A DNA stretch of 42,870 nucleotides from the NCBI RefSeq assembly GCF_001194135.2, contig NC_068982.1:65488557-65531426 (forward strand), in the 5' to 3' direction. The DNA comes from Octopus bimaculoides (lineage: Eukaryota). Within the stretch, counting starts at the first letter, position 1, and each line of letters starts with the position of its first letter. The notes below the pieces were generated by a model, which was not told where the DNA came from, did no database searches, and saw only the letters and a list, made by a program, of their open reading frames with translations. Below, piece by piece: positions 21,991 through 32,957 of this stretch. The position numbers and the translations under genes are program-made.

Positions 21991-22620
21991 TGGCCGAAGG
22001 CACATGACTTCTCTACAACTGAAAGGAGGAATACGTCATGGTCAGTTAATTTTGTAAGCAAAAAATTCCGGAATGAAATTCTACTGGCAATAAATGTGCT
22101 GAGTTGTACCCTTTAGATTGGTTCCAGTTACATCTAAAACAGATCAGCGTATAATCAGCTGCTTTAGCCATGTTGTCAAATGGAGAATTCCAATATGAAT
22201 TTCGTCTGATGAGGGCAACGACTAAACATCTCGTTTTTGGAGTTTAAGAAGGTCCACTTATCAAGTGACTTTTTCAAGATTCTTGCTCTCTCGCCAAGCA
22301 AATCTTACATCATTTGCTCCTGTTGAGGTATGCCCCCAGTTGTTCTAGGAGCCTCCATTTAATTATGTATCATGTACCCTCCTCTATTAAACGCTATACA
22401 TAGCTGGCCACAAACGTGATGTTGTGCCTCTCTGGTATTCTAAAGGAGGACTTGTATTTGTCCAGACAATGCTTGAACAGATTCTCTGTAGATTCAACTT
22501 ACTTCCGTGCCTCTGCCCTTGTGCTGGTGGTGTCATGGCTGCTATTGTTGCTGCCGTTGTTGCTGATATTGTTGGATGCGGTGCTTGTGACATAGCTGCC
22601 ATAATCACAGCCACTTTTAT
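21918..22620 (-). mobile_element. Penelope-like relic B: degenerate GIY-YIG endonuclease C-terminus plus 3' region
   Basis: After repairing stops and a frameshift by eye: (Y)V(G)STENLFKH.LDKYKSSFR...YIIKWRLLEQLGAYLNRSK.CKICLA(E)RARILKKSLDKWTFLNSKNEMFSRCPHQTKFILEFSI*. This matches the KW / CxLCxxE / LN.R.E...CRH pattern of a GIY-YIG type found in PLEs. Confidence 0.75.
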
Positions 22621-22759
22621 TCCTCTATTTACATAATATCGAGGTCTCTTTCTTTCTTTTGTTGTCTTTTCTATCAATAAATACACACACACACACACAT
22701 ATATAAGTGTGTGTGTATTTGTGTGTCTGTGTTTGTTTCCCCACCATCGTTTGACAACA

Positions 22760-24440
22760 GGTGAAATTTGATTTAATCTTAAATATTTCACCTTGTTTAA
22801 AGTGGAACTCTGAACCCTCCAAAAGGTGGGGGAAAGTACCACAGTTAGGTCGACCACATTTTTTCACTTTTGGTTCTGTTGTTAATGGATATAGTCTTGC
22901 GCTGGTTAATGTTTTTTTAGGTTGCATTTTGCTTTTGATAATTTTGTGTGAGCCTAAAATTTTGTTCATTGTTTTATCTCTTGTGAGGATGGGTACATTT
23001 TGGATGATAATGTTAAAGGCTTCGTTGTTTCTAGGGTTATGTGTGGAGATGTATGGGAGTATTTTTAAGTCTGGTTTAGTATTTCAGTTGACTTCTCTTA
23101 ATGTTCATATGTCTATTTCCTTAGCTCGTTTAATTCAATCATTTATTAATGATATTGGGTAATGTCTTTTGATTAGTATTGATCTGAGTTCAAGGAGTCT
23201 TCGTTCACAGCTATAGGTGTCCGAAACTATGGTACAGATTCTTTTCGCTAGATTATAAGGTATATTAATTTTTATGTGTTTGGGGTGGCATGAGTTGAAT
23301 AATAGGTATTGTTTAGAATCTGTGGGTTTACAGAAGATGTTTGTTTCGATGTAGTTATTGACTATTTTAATTAGGATGTCAAGAAAAGGGAGTTGTTTAC
23401 TGCTGTGTTCCATGGTGAATTATATGTTGCCATTAATATTGTTAAGCATTAATTTGAAATCGGGGAGTTTGTCCATGCTGTCTTTCCAAAATATAAAGCA
23501 ATCATCCAAATACCTCTTCCAGTTCTCCTTTAAATAGCAATGAAAAGAGGTGCCATATTTTTGTAGTGATGATTGATATATTTTAAGCTCTATATTACAA
23601 GGTTCACAATCACTGGAGCAGCTTGGATTCCCATTGCAATTCCACAGTTTTGTCGATAGTAAACTGTATCGAACATGAAATAGTTGTTCAGTAGGATGAA
23701 TTTGAGTGCTGCGATTATGAATCTGTGGTTGATGCGTCCTAGGATCTCTTGTGGGTATTTTTCTAGCCAGAAGGTGATCGCTTCTATACCATAATCGTGT
23801 GGGATATTGGTATACAAATTCACCACATCAAATGATACTAACAGGGTTCCTTCATTTATTGTCTCCGGGAGGTGGTTAAGCATGTCTAAGTCATCCCTGA
23901 TGAAGCTTTTCACATATTTTAGAAACGGTTTGAGTAAGATGTCGAGGAAGTTGCTCAAACGGTGGGTTTCACAAGCAGGGCCAGCAATGAGGGGTCTCAG
24001 TTTGAGGTCAGTAGGGGGATGAACATTAATGCATAGGCTTGGAGAAACTTTGCAAGCTTTACAAATATGTGGATTTTTGTGTATTTTAGGTAATCCGTAG
24101 AATAGACGAGGTCTGTATTTAAAATTGGATAAATAGTCAATTTCATGTTTAGTGAGGCCCTTTCCATGTATTTGAAGTAAAGAGAAGTTTTTAAGTGTCT
24201 TCTGTGGGTTGTATTGTACTATCCTCTCATAGTAAATATTATTTTCCAAAATGGAGAGTATTAACTTTTTGTAGTACTCTGTGTCCATCACCACTTCTGC
24301 ACTTCCTTTGTCAGCTTCTTTAATGGTGAGGTTTATATCATTTTTTAACTCAATTGGGTCTTTCCATTCATTTACATTAAGGTTGGATTTAATTCGTTGT
24401 TTTTGTAGGGTATTAAAAGGAAAACTGGTAATGTGTTCAC
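22760..24440 (-). mobile_element. Penelope-like retroelement relic A: reverse transcriptase, thumb and linker (5' and 3' truncated; stops and a frameshift)
   Basis: IKEADKG, FYGLPKIHK, LRPLIAGP, SFDVVNLYTNIPH, YRQNCGIAMG, WKRYLDDCFI, LPFLDI, KPTDSKQYLLFNSCHP, and linker KCGRPNCGT(F)PHL...SNFTC. Cut by SINE sequence at both ends. Confidence 0.95.
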
Positions 24441-24441
24441 A

Positions 24442-24850
24442 GGCGCAGGAGTGGTTGTGTGGTAAGAAGCTTGTTTCCCAACCACAGGGTTCCGGGTTTA
24501 GTCCCACTGCGTGGCACATTGGGCAAGTGTCTTCTACTTTAGCCTTGGGCTGACCAAAGCACTGTGAGTGGATTTGGTAAACGGAAACTGGAAGAAGGCC
24601 GTCTTGTGTGTGTGTGTGTGTGTGCGTGTGTGTGTGTGTGTGTATATTTGTGTATCTGTTTGTCCTCCCACCATCGTTTGACAACTGATGTTGGTGTGTT
24701 TACGTCCCCATTACTTAGCGGTTCGACAAAAGTGACCTATAGAATAAGTACTAGGCTTACAAAGAATAAGGGTTGGGGTCAATTTGTTCGACTAAAGGCG
24801 GTGCTCCGGCATGGCCGCAGTCAAATGACTGAAAGAAATAAAAGAAAAAA
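24442..24850 (+). mobile_element. Family-A SINE, near full length, at the 5' break of PLE relic A
   Basis: Same structure as 16124-16512. Confidence 0.92.
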
Positions 24851-25980
24851 ATAGTTATGTTGATGCAAACAGGAAAAATAGAACTCAAAATATGAGTATA
24901 TGTATAGTTTTATTTATATTTAGCAGGAGTAACGCACGAAACTCTCGGACCTTGAGTCACTCTTACTTCTGCTAAAAATTAATGTGTGTGTACGCTCATA
25001 TATGCATGTGTACATGTGTTGCATGTTTTTTGTACTTTTCCCTGTACTTTTTCTTTCATTCGCTCATCTCAACCGTTAAAAAAAATCTGCTGGTGTTCCT
25101 TTTTTTTTCACCTCTCCTTGTCCATTGTCACTTCCTTCTCTCCTTAACAATTTGTTATGCACTAAATGTTACACTACTCGTCTTACTTATTTCATAACTC
25201 TTATTTTACTGTTTGAATTATTTGCATTACTTATTTGCCAACGCGAATGTTTCCTTGTATCCTTACTAAGATATTCAGATCCTTTTAACATACCATCATT
25301 ATTTGTAAAACGTATAAGGTTATTTTTGTTTTGTAGCGAAGGCAACGCCCTTACATAATAGTAGCCAGTAACAGTTTAGAGATAGTTGAAAACTGAATGG
25401 ATCCTGTTGTTTGCCTTTGTTTACAGTTATTCGCACTTACAAATAGAACCGCAAAATAGTTGAACAGCCACACAACCGCTGCACCCACTCCAACTATCTT
25501 TCTCTGTCATTCATTTCTCTCTCCTGCTTTTACTTACCTTTTCTTTCCTCCTCCCCTTCCTTACTTCTATTTTCATCTCCTTCCCTTCCCCCTCATTTCC
25601 CTATTATAAATTCTTAATGTTTCTCTTTTTCTTTTCCCAACAGTTTGTTTCATTTTCATTTGGTTTTTTTCTCTTCCTCTTAGCGTTTTCTCTCCTTATT
25701 TCCCACTCCTCTCTCGTATACGTTCCTTTACATTTTCCACCTATTTCTCTCTCTTTCTTGTTGCGCCCTACTCAGTTTCTATCTCTCACATGCGTCCCTA
25801 ATATTCTTCTATCCCTCTCTCTTTATCTATCTCACTTTCCTCTCCGTCGTTTCTTTGTTTACTTCTCTCCTGCCAAAATACCGTTTAGCTTAGGGTAAAT
25901 ACGTCTAATATCCTCTTACTTTTTAAAAGTTTTATTGACATTTGTTGTTTAGTCTCTTGTACCCCACTGATGAATCATAC

Positions 25981-26127
25981 CTAAGCGTTCAAAGGCACTC
26001 CAACTATCCGAGAGATATTTGGTTGCTAACTCTGGTAGGTCGAGTAACTGTGAAGATATGTTGTCAGCTCCGTGTTCCAGCCGAGTGTTTGTAACAGCCG
26101 CTTTGTTCAACTCCAGGTCAGCCTGAT
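25981..26127 (-). other. Isolated candidate coding exon (147 nt, phase 1-1) antisense to the AGPAT gene
   Basis: tttttgttcttaaatgtactag|at cag gct...cgc tta g|GTATGA. Only one open frame: xQADLELNKAAVTNTRLEHGADNISSQLLDLPELATKYLSDSWSAFERL. Non-repetitive and CpG-retaining; no homology recognised. Confidence 0.35.
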
Positions 26128-26340
26128 CTAGTACATTTAAGAACAAAAACTTTCCACATTGGATCCATTCAATTTACTGTCAGTGCATTCAACACTTGAT
26201 ATATTGTCAGAAAACGCACATTCCTGTGTGTGTGTGTGTATGAACACACACATGTTGTATTTTTATATATAGTAAATGTATTACACATATATTTTGGTTT
26301 CTTGGTTTATGATGGGTTTGCTGTTTATATACCATACATT

Positions 26341-26490
26341 AGGGCAGCGAGTTGGCAGAATCGTTAGCACACCGGGCAAAATGCTTAGCAGTTATTTCGT
26401 CTGTCTTAACTTTCTGAGTTCAAATTCCGCCGATTTCGACTTTGCCTCTCATTCTTCCGGGGTTGATAAAGTACTAGTTGATTACGGTCA
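26341..26490 (+). mobile_element. Family-B SINE, 3'-truncated
   Basis: gggcagcgagttggcagaatcgttagc...ctgagttcaaattccgcc...tcgactttgcc. Confidence 0.85.
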
Positions 26491-26545
26491 AACTAAAGTG
26501 TTTGACCCGAGCAAAAAAAAAACATAAAAAATAATAGTACAGTAG

Positions 26546-27681
26546 GTGTACAACAACATTCACATGCTAAAAGGCAGGACACTTGTGGTTACATAACTGA
26601 GGTTGATCACTCCAGTTTTCTTTCTTATGTTACAGAGTAAACATGGCCACTTTGTTGACGTCAGCATGAAAGAAGAACAGAGACCGGTGATCCGATTTTT
26701 CTGGTTTGAAGATGTGCCAGGCTGAACTTCATTGCAGGGTTTCAGTGCAATGTGTGAGTGGATCAAGAAATTTAAAATTGGCCAAATGAGCATGAAGCAT
26801 GAAAAGGGAACAGGACATCCATCAACCTCCACTACTGGCATGAAGATTCAACAAGCTTGGGAGATAGTTCTGACGAACTGACAAGTGAACATCATTGAGG
26901 TGGCATGTTCCCTACAAATTAGACCACAAAGTCTGTGTGAGATGGGTGCCAAGAAATCTCATCAAAGCACATAAGTACATCATATGGAGATCTATCAACA
27001 GTTACTTGACTACTAAACAACGAAGGCAAAGCATTTTTCGAGAGAATAATCAATCACAAGAGATGAGACTCTAGTCCATCACTTTGAGCCAGAATCCAAA
27101 AGGCAGAGTTCGGAGTGGAAACACCTGGAATTTCTTGTTAAAATGAAGAAAGGATGCTAACCATTTTTGAAGACATGAAAGGGCCTCTACTGGAATATTA
27201 CCTGGAAAAGAGGTCAACAGTCGCCAGTGTAGATGACAATGAAATGCAGGCCAACAAACTAAAACCAGTAATTTGCCAAAGTCTATTGTCAAAACAAGTG
27301 TTATTCTTGCACAATAATGCACACCCACAAACGGCTATCAACACTGTTGGAGCCATTGAAAAATTTGGTCTGAACTTGCTGGATCCCCCTGCCTACTGTT
27401 CAAATATTGTCTCTCTCAACTATCACCTCTTTGGACTGCTCAAACATCTTTTACGAGGTCATTGATTTGCTACTGATGAAGAAATGCAGAAAGCAGTGCA
27501 TAAATGGCTGCACAACCAGCTGAAAACCTCTAATGTATTAAGCAAGTTTGTGGGTCACTGGAAGGAAAGCATTGAAAAGCAAGGAGGCTATGTTGAAAGA
27601 TTATGTAATTGTTCAGCCTCTGCTTTTGTTTTAATAAACTACAGAAACAAGAGTGGATATAATATTTGACTTACCCTCGTA
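26546..27681 (+). mobile_element. Mariner (DD34D) transposon relic, 5' TIR missing
   Basis: EEQRPVIRFF, RWVPRNL, RDETLVHHFEPESKRQSSEWKH, LHNNAHPQTA and NYHLFGLLKHLLRG across frameshifts and stops. The 3' terminus aatatttgacttaccctcg-TA is a typical mariner TIR end. Confidence 0.92.
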
Positions 27682-27884
27682 TATTTGCATTATATGCATT
27701 ACATATAGAATATATATGTGTGCGTGTGTGTGTGTATAATCAAATAAAACAGAATCAAGCGAGAATGGTGATGCACTGCGGAGAGTAAAGTGATATTTCC
27801 ATAGGTGAGAACTGTCTCAAGTTCTAGGATTCATAGAGCTGCCTCTCTCTCTCTATCTGTCACACTCTAATCTTTGATCATTTG

Positions 27885-28254
27885 AAGCTAGATCCATTCC
27901 TCCAATGTCCTCTCTCCCCTCAAAATTCCTTGTCGTGCAAGTTACTTGGTGATCCTATTAGTGCTAGTGCCATGTAAAAAGCATCCAGACCACACTGTGA
28001 AGTGGTTGGCATTTGGAAAGCCATCCAGCTGTAAAAACCATGCCAAAACTGACCTTGCCTGTGCTGGTGCCATGTAAAAAGCATTCAGTTCACTCTGTGG
28101 GATGGTTGGTGTTAGGAAGGACATCCATCTGTAAAAACCATGCCAAAACAGATACAGAAGCCTGATGTAGTTTTGTACCTGGTCAGCTCCTATCAAACCG
28201 CCCAACCCATGCCAGCATGGAAGACAGATGTTAACAGATGATGATGATGATGAT
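27885..28254 (+). mobile_element. RTE LINE 3' UTR with a 100-bp internal tandem duplication and (GAT)n tail
   Basis: Units start at 27961 and 28061 (gtgct.gtgccatgtaaaaagcat); ends acccatgccagcatggaa..gatgttaa..(gat)n. Confidence 0.85.
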
Positions 28255-28261
28255 AAGTGAT

Positions 28262-28452
28262 TGTATCACAACATTCCCCCTTAATGGGATGCCAGTGTAT
28301 CACAGGGTCACTTGTTTACAGCTGAGTGGACTGGAGCTTCATGGAATGAAATGTTTTGTTCAAGAACATAGCGCATCACCTGGTCCAGTTTGGGAATTGA
28401 AACCAAGATCTTGCAATCGTGAGTGTAACACCCTAGACTCCAAAGTTGCTCA
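28262..28452 (-). mobile_element. Family-C SINE
   Basis: cagctgagtggactggagc...ttgttcaaga..gggaattgaaacc is the reverse complement of the family-C body. Confidence 0.7.
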
Positions 28453-29589
28453 CCTTCATGAAATTGCCTTGGGGAATAAAAAAAAAAATCCAGCATTTCA
28501 GACAGTCCTTCTTTAGGGTTAAAGTTGGCAGAAGGGAAATAAATGCAAGACCACAAAGTTGTACACCTGTTACAGCGAGTTTCTCAAGAATAGAGTATGT
28601 AAAACTCTGTTGTCTTTCTCTTATTTCCCTCCTGTTAATTTTAGCATGAAGAAGAACTGTTCAATTTTCCTACAGCAATATCAGTGTATTCTTTCTGTCA
28701 GTTTTATACAAGTACTTATATAAGTATTGGATCATCCCATAAATAATGTGTTTTTTTTTCAATTGCATGAACTAAAATTCGGAGGGGGACAGGATAAACT
28801 ACCTGCATCAACTTGCTATAAAAGCAAGTAGTAATTTTACCTTGTCATTATTCTTAGTGCAAGTTTTCAAGGGTGCAGTTTGATTTTAACAGTTATTTTT
28901 TCAAAGCTATAATGGAAGTAACAAAGGAGAATATTCGGCATATTTTACTTTATGAGTTCAATAAAGGCAACAATGCAACAGAAAGTGCAAGGAATATTAA
29001 TGCAGTATATGAGGATTGGATATTAAGCAAAAGCCAGTGTCGGTGCTGGTTCCAGAAATTCCAAGCCAGAAACTACAGCCTAGAAGATGAGCCTCGTCCT
29101 GGAAGATCTGTAGAGCTCAACGAGGACATCCTGCAAACCTTAGTGGAACAAAACCCCATTGTAACTGTTGAGGAACTAGTAGAGAAGCTTGGATTTGGTC
29201 ATTCTACCATCATTCAAGTCAGTGCTAGAAGAAAATTACCATCTTTGGTTTCAAGACAAAAGGTATTCTTCCATCAGGATAATGCTCTGCCACATACAGC
29301 GAGGATGACATTCCAAAGGCTGGAGCAGTATGAATGGGAAACGGTGCCCCACCAACCACATTTGCCGGACGTTGTCCCATCTGGTTATCATTTATTCTGC
29401 TGTCTTCAAAATCATTTGGATGGAAAAAATATGAATCCTGTAGATGAGGTTAGAACAGTACTGGAGGAGTATTTTTCAGCATAGACAAATGAATTTTGGA
29501 AGAGGGGCCTTGCATGTCTACTAGATAGATGGAAGATCATTGTAGAAAATGAAGGAGAGTATATTTTAGATTTAGAAATGACATGGTTT

Positions 29590-30720
29590 ATTCTTTTATT
29601 TGTTTCAGTCATTTGATTGCAGCCATGCTGGAGCACCGCCTTGAGTTGAACAAATTGACCCCAGGACTTATTCTTTGTAAGCCCAGTACTTATCCTATCG
29701 GTCTCTTTTGCCAAACCGCTAAATTATGGGGCTGTAAACACACTAACATATATATATATATGCGTGTGCGCGGGTACATGCATATATAGATATATGTGTG
29801 TGCATGCGAGAATATGCGCATATAGACACGTTTTTGCCCTTATAGCTTTTTCACACATTTTTCTGTATTTTGCTTTTAGCCCTGTTTTTTTTTCTTCTTG
29901 AGCATGTGCGTATATTGACGTGTGTATGGACCTTTTTTTTGCGTGTGTGTGTATGGGTGCGAGGGTGTTGCGCGCGTGTGTGTGGGTGTGTATGCAGGTA
30001 TATATATTTTTTTTTTTTTTTTTTTTTTTNNNNNNNNNNNNNNNNNNNNNNNNNNNNNNNNNNNNNNNNNNNNNNNNNNNNNNNNNNNNNNNNNNNNNNN
30101 NNNNNNNNNNNNNNNNNNNNNNNNNNNNNNNNNNNNNNNNNNNNNNNNNNNNNNNNNNNNNNNNNNNNNNNNNNNNNNNNNNNNNNNNNNNNNNNNNNNN
30201 NNNNNNNNNNNNNNNNNNNNNNNNNNNNNNNNNNNNNNNNNNNNNNNNNNNNNNNNNNNNNNNNNNNNNNNNNNNNNNNNNNNNNNNNNNNNNNNNNNNN
30301 NNNNNNNNNNNNNNNNNNNNNNNNNNNNNNNNNNNNNNNNNNNNNNNNNNNNNNNNNNNNNNNNNNNNNNNNNNNNNNNNNNNNNNNNNNNNNNNNNNNN
30401 NNNNNNNNNNNNNNNNNNNNNNNNNNNNNNNNNNNNNNNNNNNNNNNNNNNNNNNNNNNNNNNNNNNNNNNNNNNNNNNNNNNNNNNNNNNNNNNNNNNN
30501 NNNNNNNNNNNNNNNNNNNNNNNNNNNNNNNNNNNNNNNNNNNNNNNATATATATATATATATATATATACAACAGGCTTCTTTCTGTTTCTGTCCACTC
30601 ACAAGGCTTTGGTTTGCCTGAGGCTATTGTAGAAATCACTTGCCCAAGGTGCCATGCAGTGGGACTGTACCTGGACCCATGTGGTTGAGAAGCAAGCTTC
30701 TTACCACACAGCGATGCCCA
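29590..30720 (-). mobile_element. One family-A SINE split by expanded low-complexity sequence and the N gap
   Basis: 3' half at 29590-29748 and 5' half at 30571-30720, both minus strand; mariner sequence resumes on the far side. Confidence 0.8.
30030..30547. other. Assembly gap (N run); a second 10-N gap lies at 40495-40504
   Basis: Direct reading. Confidence 1.
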
Positions 30721-30811
30721 CATGAAAAATAAAAGAAGTATAAAAAATCCACGTTATTTATCTGATGGCCCAATACATGAAATATAAACACACACACAAA
30801 TACGCGTATAA

Positions 30812-31272
30812 TAGGTGTAGTTGTGGCTGTGTGGTTATGAAGTTTGCTTCCCAACGACGTGAGTTTGGGTTCAGTCCCATTATGTGGCACTTTAGGCATG
30901 AGTCTTCCACTATAACCCCAGGTTAACCAAAGTCTTGAGAGTGGATTTCGTTGACAGAAACTGAAAGAAACCCATTGTATACATGTGTGCATGTGTGTGT
31001 GTGTGTGTGTATATGATTGTATCTCCATGTCCTGACATCACAATATACTTGTTAATGAGTGTCACTGTCATATAAGCAGTGTCATTCATCTCCAATATTA
31101 TGCAAAAAAGAAGAATAAATGTCTGATCATGGGGAAAATGTTTCTTTGCTTGGGAACAGGTGAAGGTTGGAACAAGAAGGGCGGCATTTGGCCATAGAAA
31201 ATCTGCCTTAAGAAATTCCATCAGACTCTTGCAACCATAGGAAGGTTATGTTAAAATGATGGTGATAGTGAT
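30812..31272 (+). mobile_element. Family-A2 SINE (RTE-type tail)
   Basis: Family-A head, then ...aacaggtgaaggttgg.aca.gaagggc..tagaaaatctgcct..gatggtgat. Confidence 0.75.
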
Positions 31273-31296
31273 ATGTATTTTATTTTTGTGAAGGTG

Positions 31297-31602
31297 AATG
31301 ACTTAGTGGCTAGGGTATTCAGCTCATGATCCTAAAGTCGTGAGTTCAATTCCCAGCGATGCATTGTGTCCTTGAGCAAGACACTTTATTTCACATTGCC
31401 CCAGTCCACTCAGCTGGCAAAAATGAGTAGTACCTATATCTCAAAGGGCCAGCTTTGTCACACTGTGTCATACTGAATCTCCCTGAGAACTGCGTTATAA
31501 GTACATGTGTCTGTGGAGTGTTCAACCGCATGCATGTTAATTTCACAATTCTGTTGATCAGATTAACTGAAACCGTCATTGTTGTAACCAACGGGATGCC
31601 AG
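31297..31602 (+). mobile_element. tRNA-derived SINE family C
   Basis: ttagtggctaggg A-box, gagttcaattccc B-box, ttgtgtccttgagcaagacactttatttcacattgccccagtccactcagctgg body. Related copies at ~16681-16860 (+), ~19515-19590 (-) and ~28262-28452 (-). Confidence 0.8.
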
Positions 31603-32237
31603 CATATTTTATTTTTTTCTAGGACAGTTTTGGCTGTGTATGCTCTCACTATATATTATAAATATTACATGCTGTATAATTTACAAATGTTATATACCAC
31701 AGTCTGTCAAACCTTTTCCTTGTAAAAGTAAAATATATATCTCTATGCTGTAAGCTATTGAATGGTCCTGCAGTTTTATGTCTGACTATTTTTATTTGTA
31801 ACTGTTTATAAAAACAAACATGTGGCTGTATGTGTGTTGTGTGTGTGTATGTTATGATTATTTATAAAATGTACACAACCTCCTATATTTTATTTACATC
31901 TATTGCAATTAACTACAATACATGATGCCAACACACAAAAATTAGGGTTATGTGTAACAGCTGGTGTCTATCAACAACAACTCAATAAGTGGATATCAAC
32001 ACTTTTGAAAATAAGTGGATATCTGTTAAAACATCTGGAAACCATATTACTTTGTTTCTGCCTCTTATCAATATGAAAACAAATAACATCTGATAATTTA
32101 GCATGATTCACATCCCTCTGTTTTTAGATATTATTGACTTACAGAAAATAAAGTAATCAAGTACAATTAAATTGCAAGCAAATTCTCTCATTAGGTGGTT
32201 ATATTGTCTTAGTAAGATTATACTGATTTCTTTAGAG

Positions 32238-32275
<38 letters not shown>

Positions 32276-32571
32276 AACACTCACATGCACACACACACAC
32301 TATGATGTTATTGGGTGTTTTATTCTTGGATGTGTACCCACCCCACTTCATATTCAAATGTTATTAATGTTATTTTAGAAATAAAGGTTCCAGCAATAAT
32401 CTAGTCTGTACAGAAGTGATCAGATAACAATCTGATCAAACTTATAGAAATACACATATTGTAAAATACACACCCTCATGATGAAGTTAAATATCTCTGA
32501 AAATAACTAATCGTATTAACAACTTCTCCTGGGCATTTAAAGATATGATCTTTTCTGTTTTTGAATTTCAG

Positions 32572-32763
32572 AAATTTCTGATAACGTTTAAGAAACATAA
32601 ATCCTAAAAATGATGCACACTGAAAGAAATTATGACAATCAGAATGATCTCAAATTTCAACAGCTACTGATTGATGCTCTCTGAGAACAGATGATCTATT
32701 GTATGTGTGCTGAATCACAAGCAGTCTCTTGTGGTTGTTTTCACTTAAAAGAATCTAGTAGAA
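32572..32763 (+). other. Candidate alternative 5' UTR exon with a short uORF
   Basis: cttttctgtttttgaatttcag|aaat...tagaa|GTAAGT (alternative donor GTATGT at 32701). Contains the uORF MMHTERNYDNQNDLKFQQLLIDAL*. Confidence 0.2.
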
Positions 32764-32957
32764 GTAAGTATCCTTGCACGTTTTATCATACTTTTATAAC
32801 AGATATATGGCTGAACAAGTTTTAATATAAGTGCATTTGTATTAATTGAAATCAAACCTAATTTGTAACAATTCTTTTTTTTTTTTTTTTTACATTTATT
32901 TGACTGTATACACACAAAGCATTTTCTTCACTTCTCCTGTACTGCATCATTCTAAAA

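Larger units (their letters stand above)
28725..30775 (+). mobile_element. Mariner relic with both TIRs, an internal deletion and a nested SINE (29590-30720)
   Basis: 5' TA-ttggatcatcccataaataatg (28725) and 3' cgttatttatctgatggcccaa-TA (30775). ORF from ATG 28912 to 29484: MEVTKENIRHILLYEFNKG..ATESARNI..WFQKF..SLEDEPRPGR..[WVPHEL and first Asp region missing]..FHQDNALPHTA..PDVVPSGYHLF. Confidence 0.93.

Noticed and set aside
22206-22230. CTGATGAG on the + strand as a hammerhead core
   Set aside because: It is simply the antisense of the RCPHQT codons; no GAAA or stem II follows.
22990-23600. In-frame TGA codons in PLE relic A as selenocysteine (selenoprotein-encoding Naiads exist)
   Set aside because: The TGAs fall at apparent Gly/Arg positions (GGA/CGA to TGA, consistent with CpG decay). 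TAA, TAG and a frameshift also occur, and I saw no SECIS.
23590-24684. 364-aa ORF as an intact gene
   Set aside because: Its first ~85 codons are antisense SINE and microsatellite fused to a truncated PLE RT; it is not a functional ORF.
29724-30723. Long ORFs of 230-290 aa in the ORF track
   Set aside because: Artefacts of translating the N gap and microsatellites.
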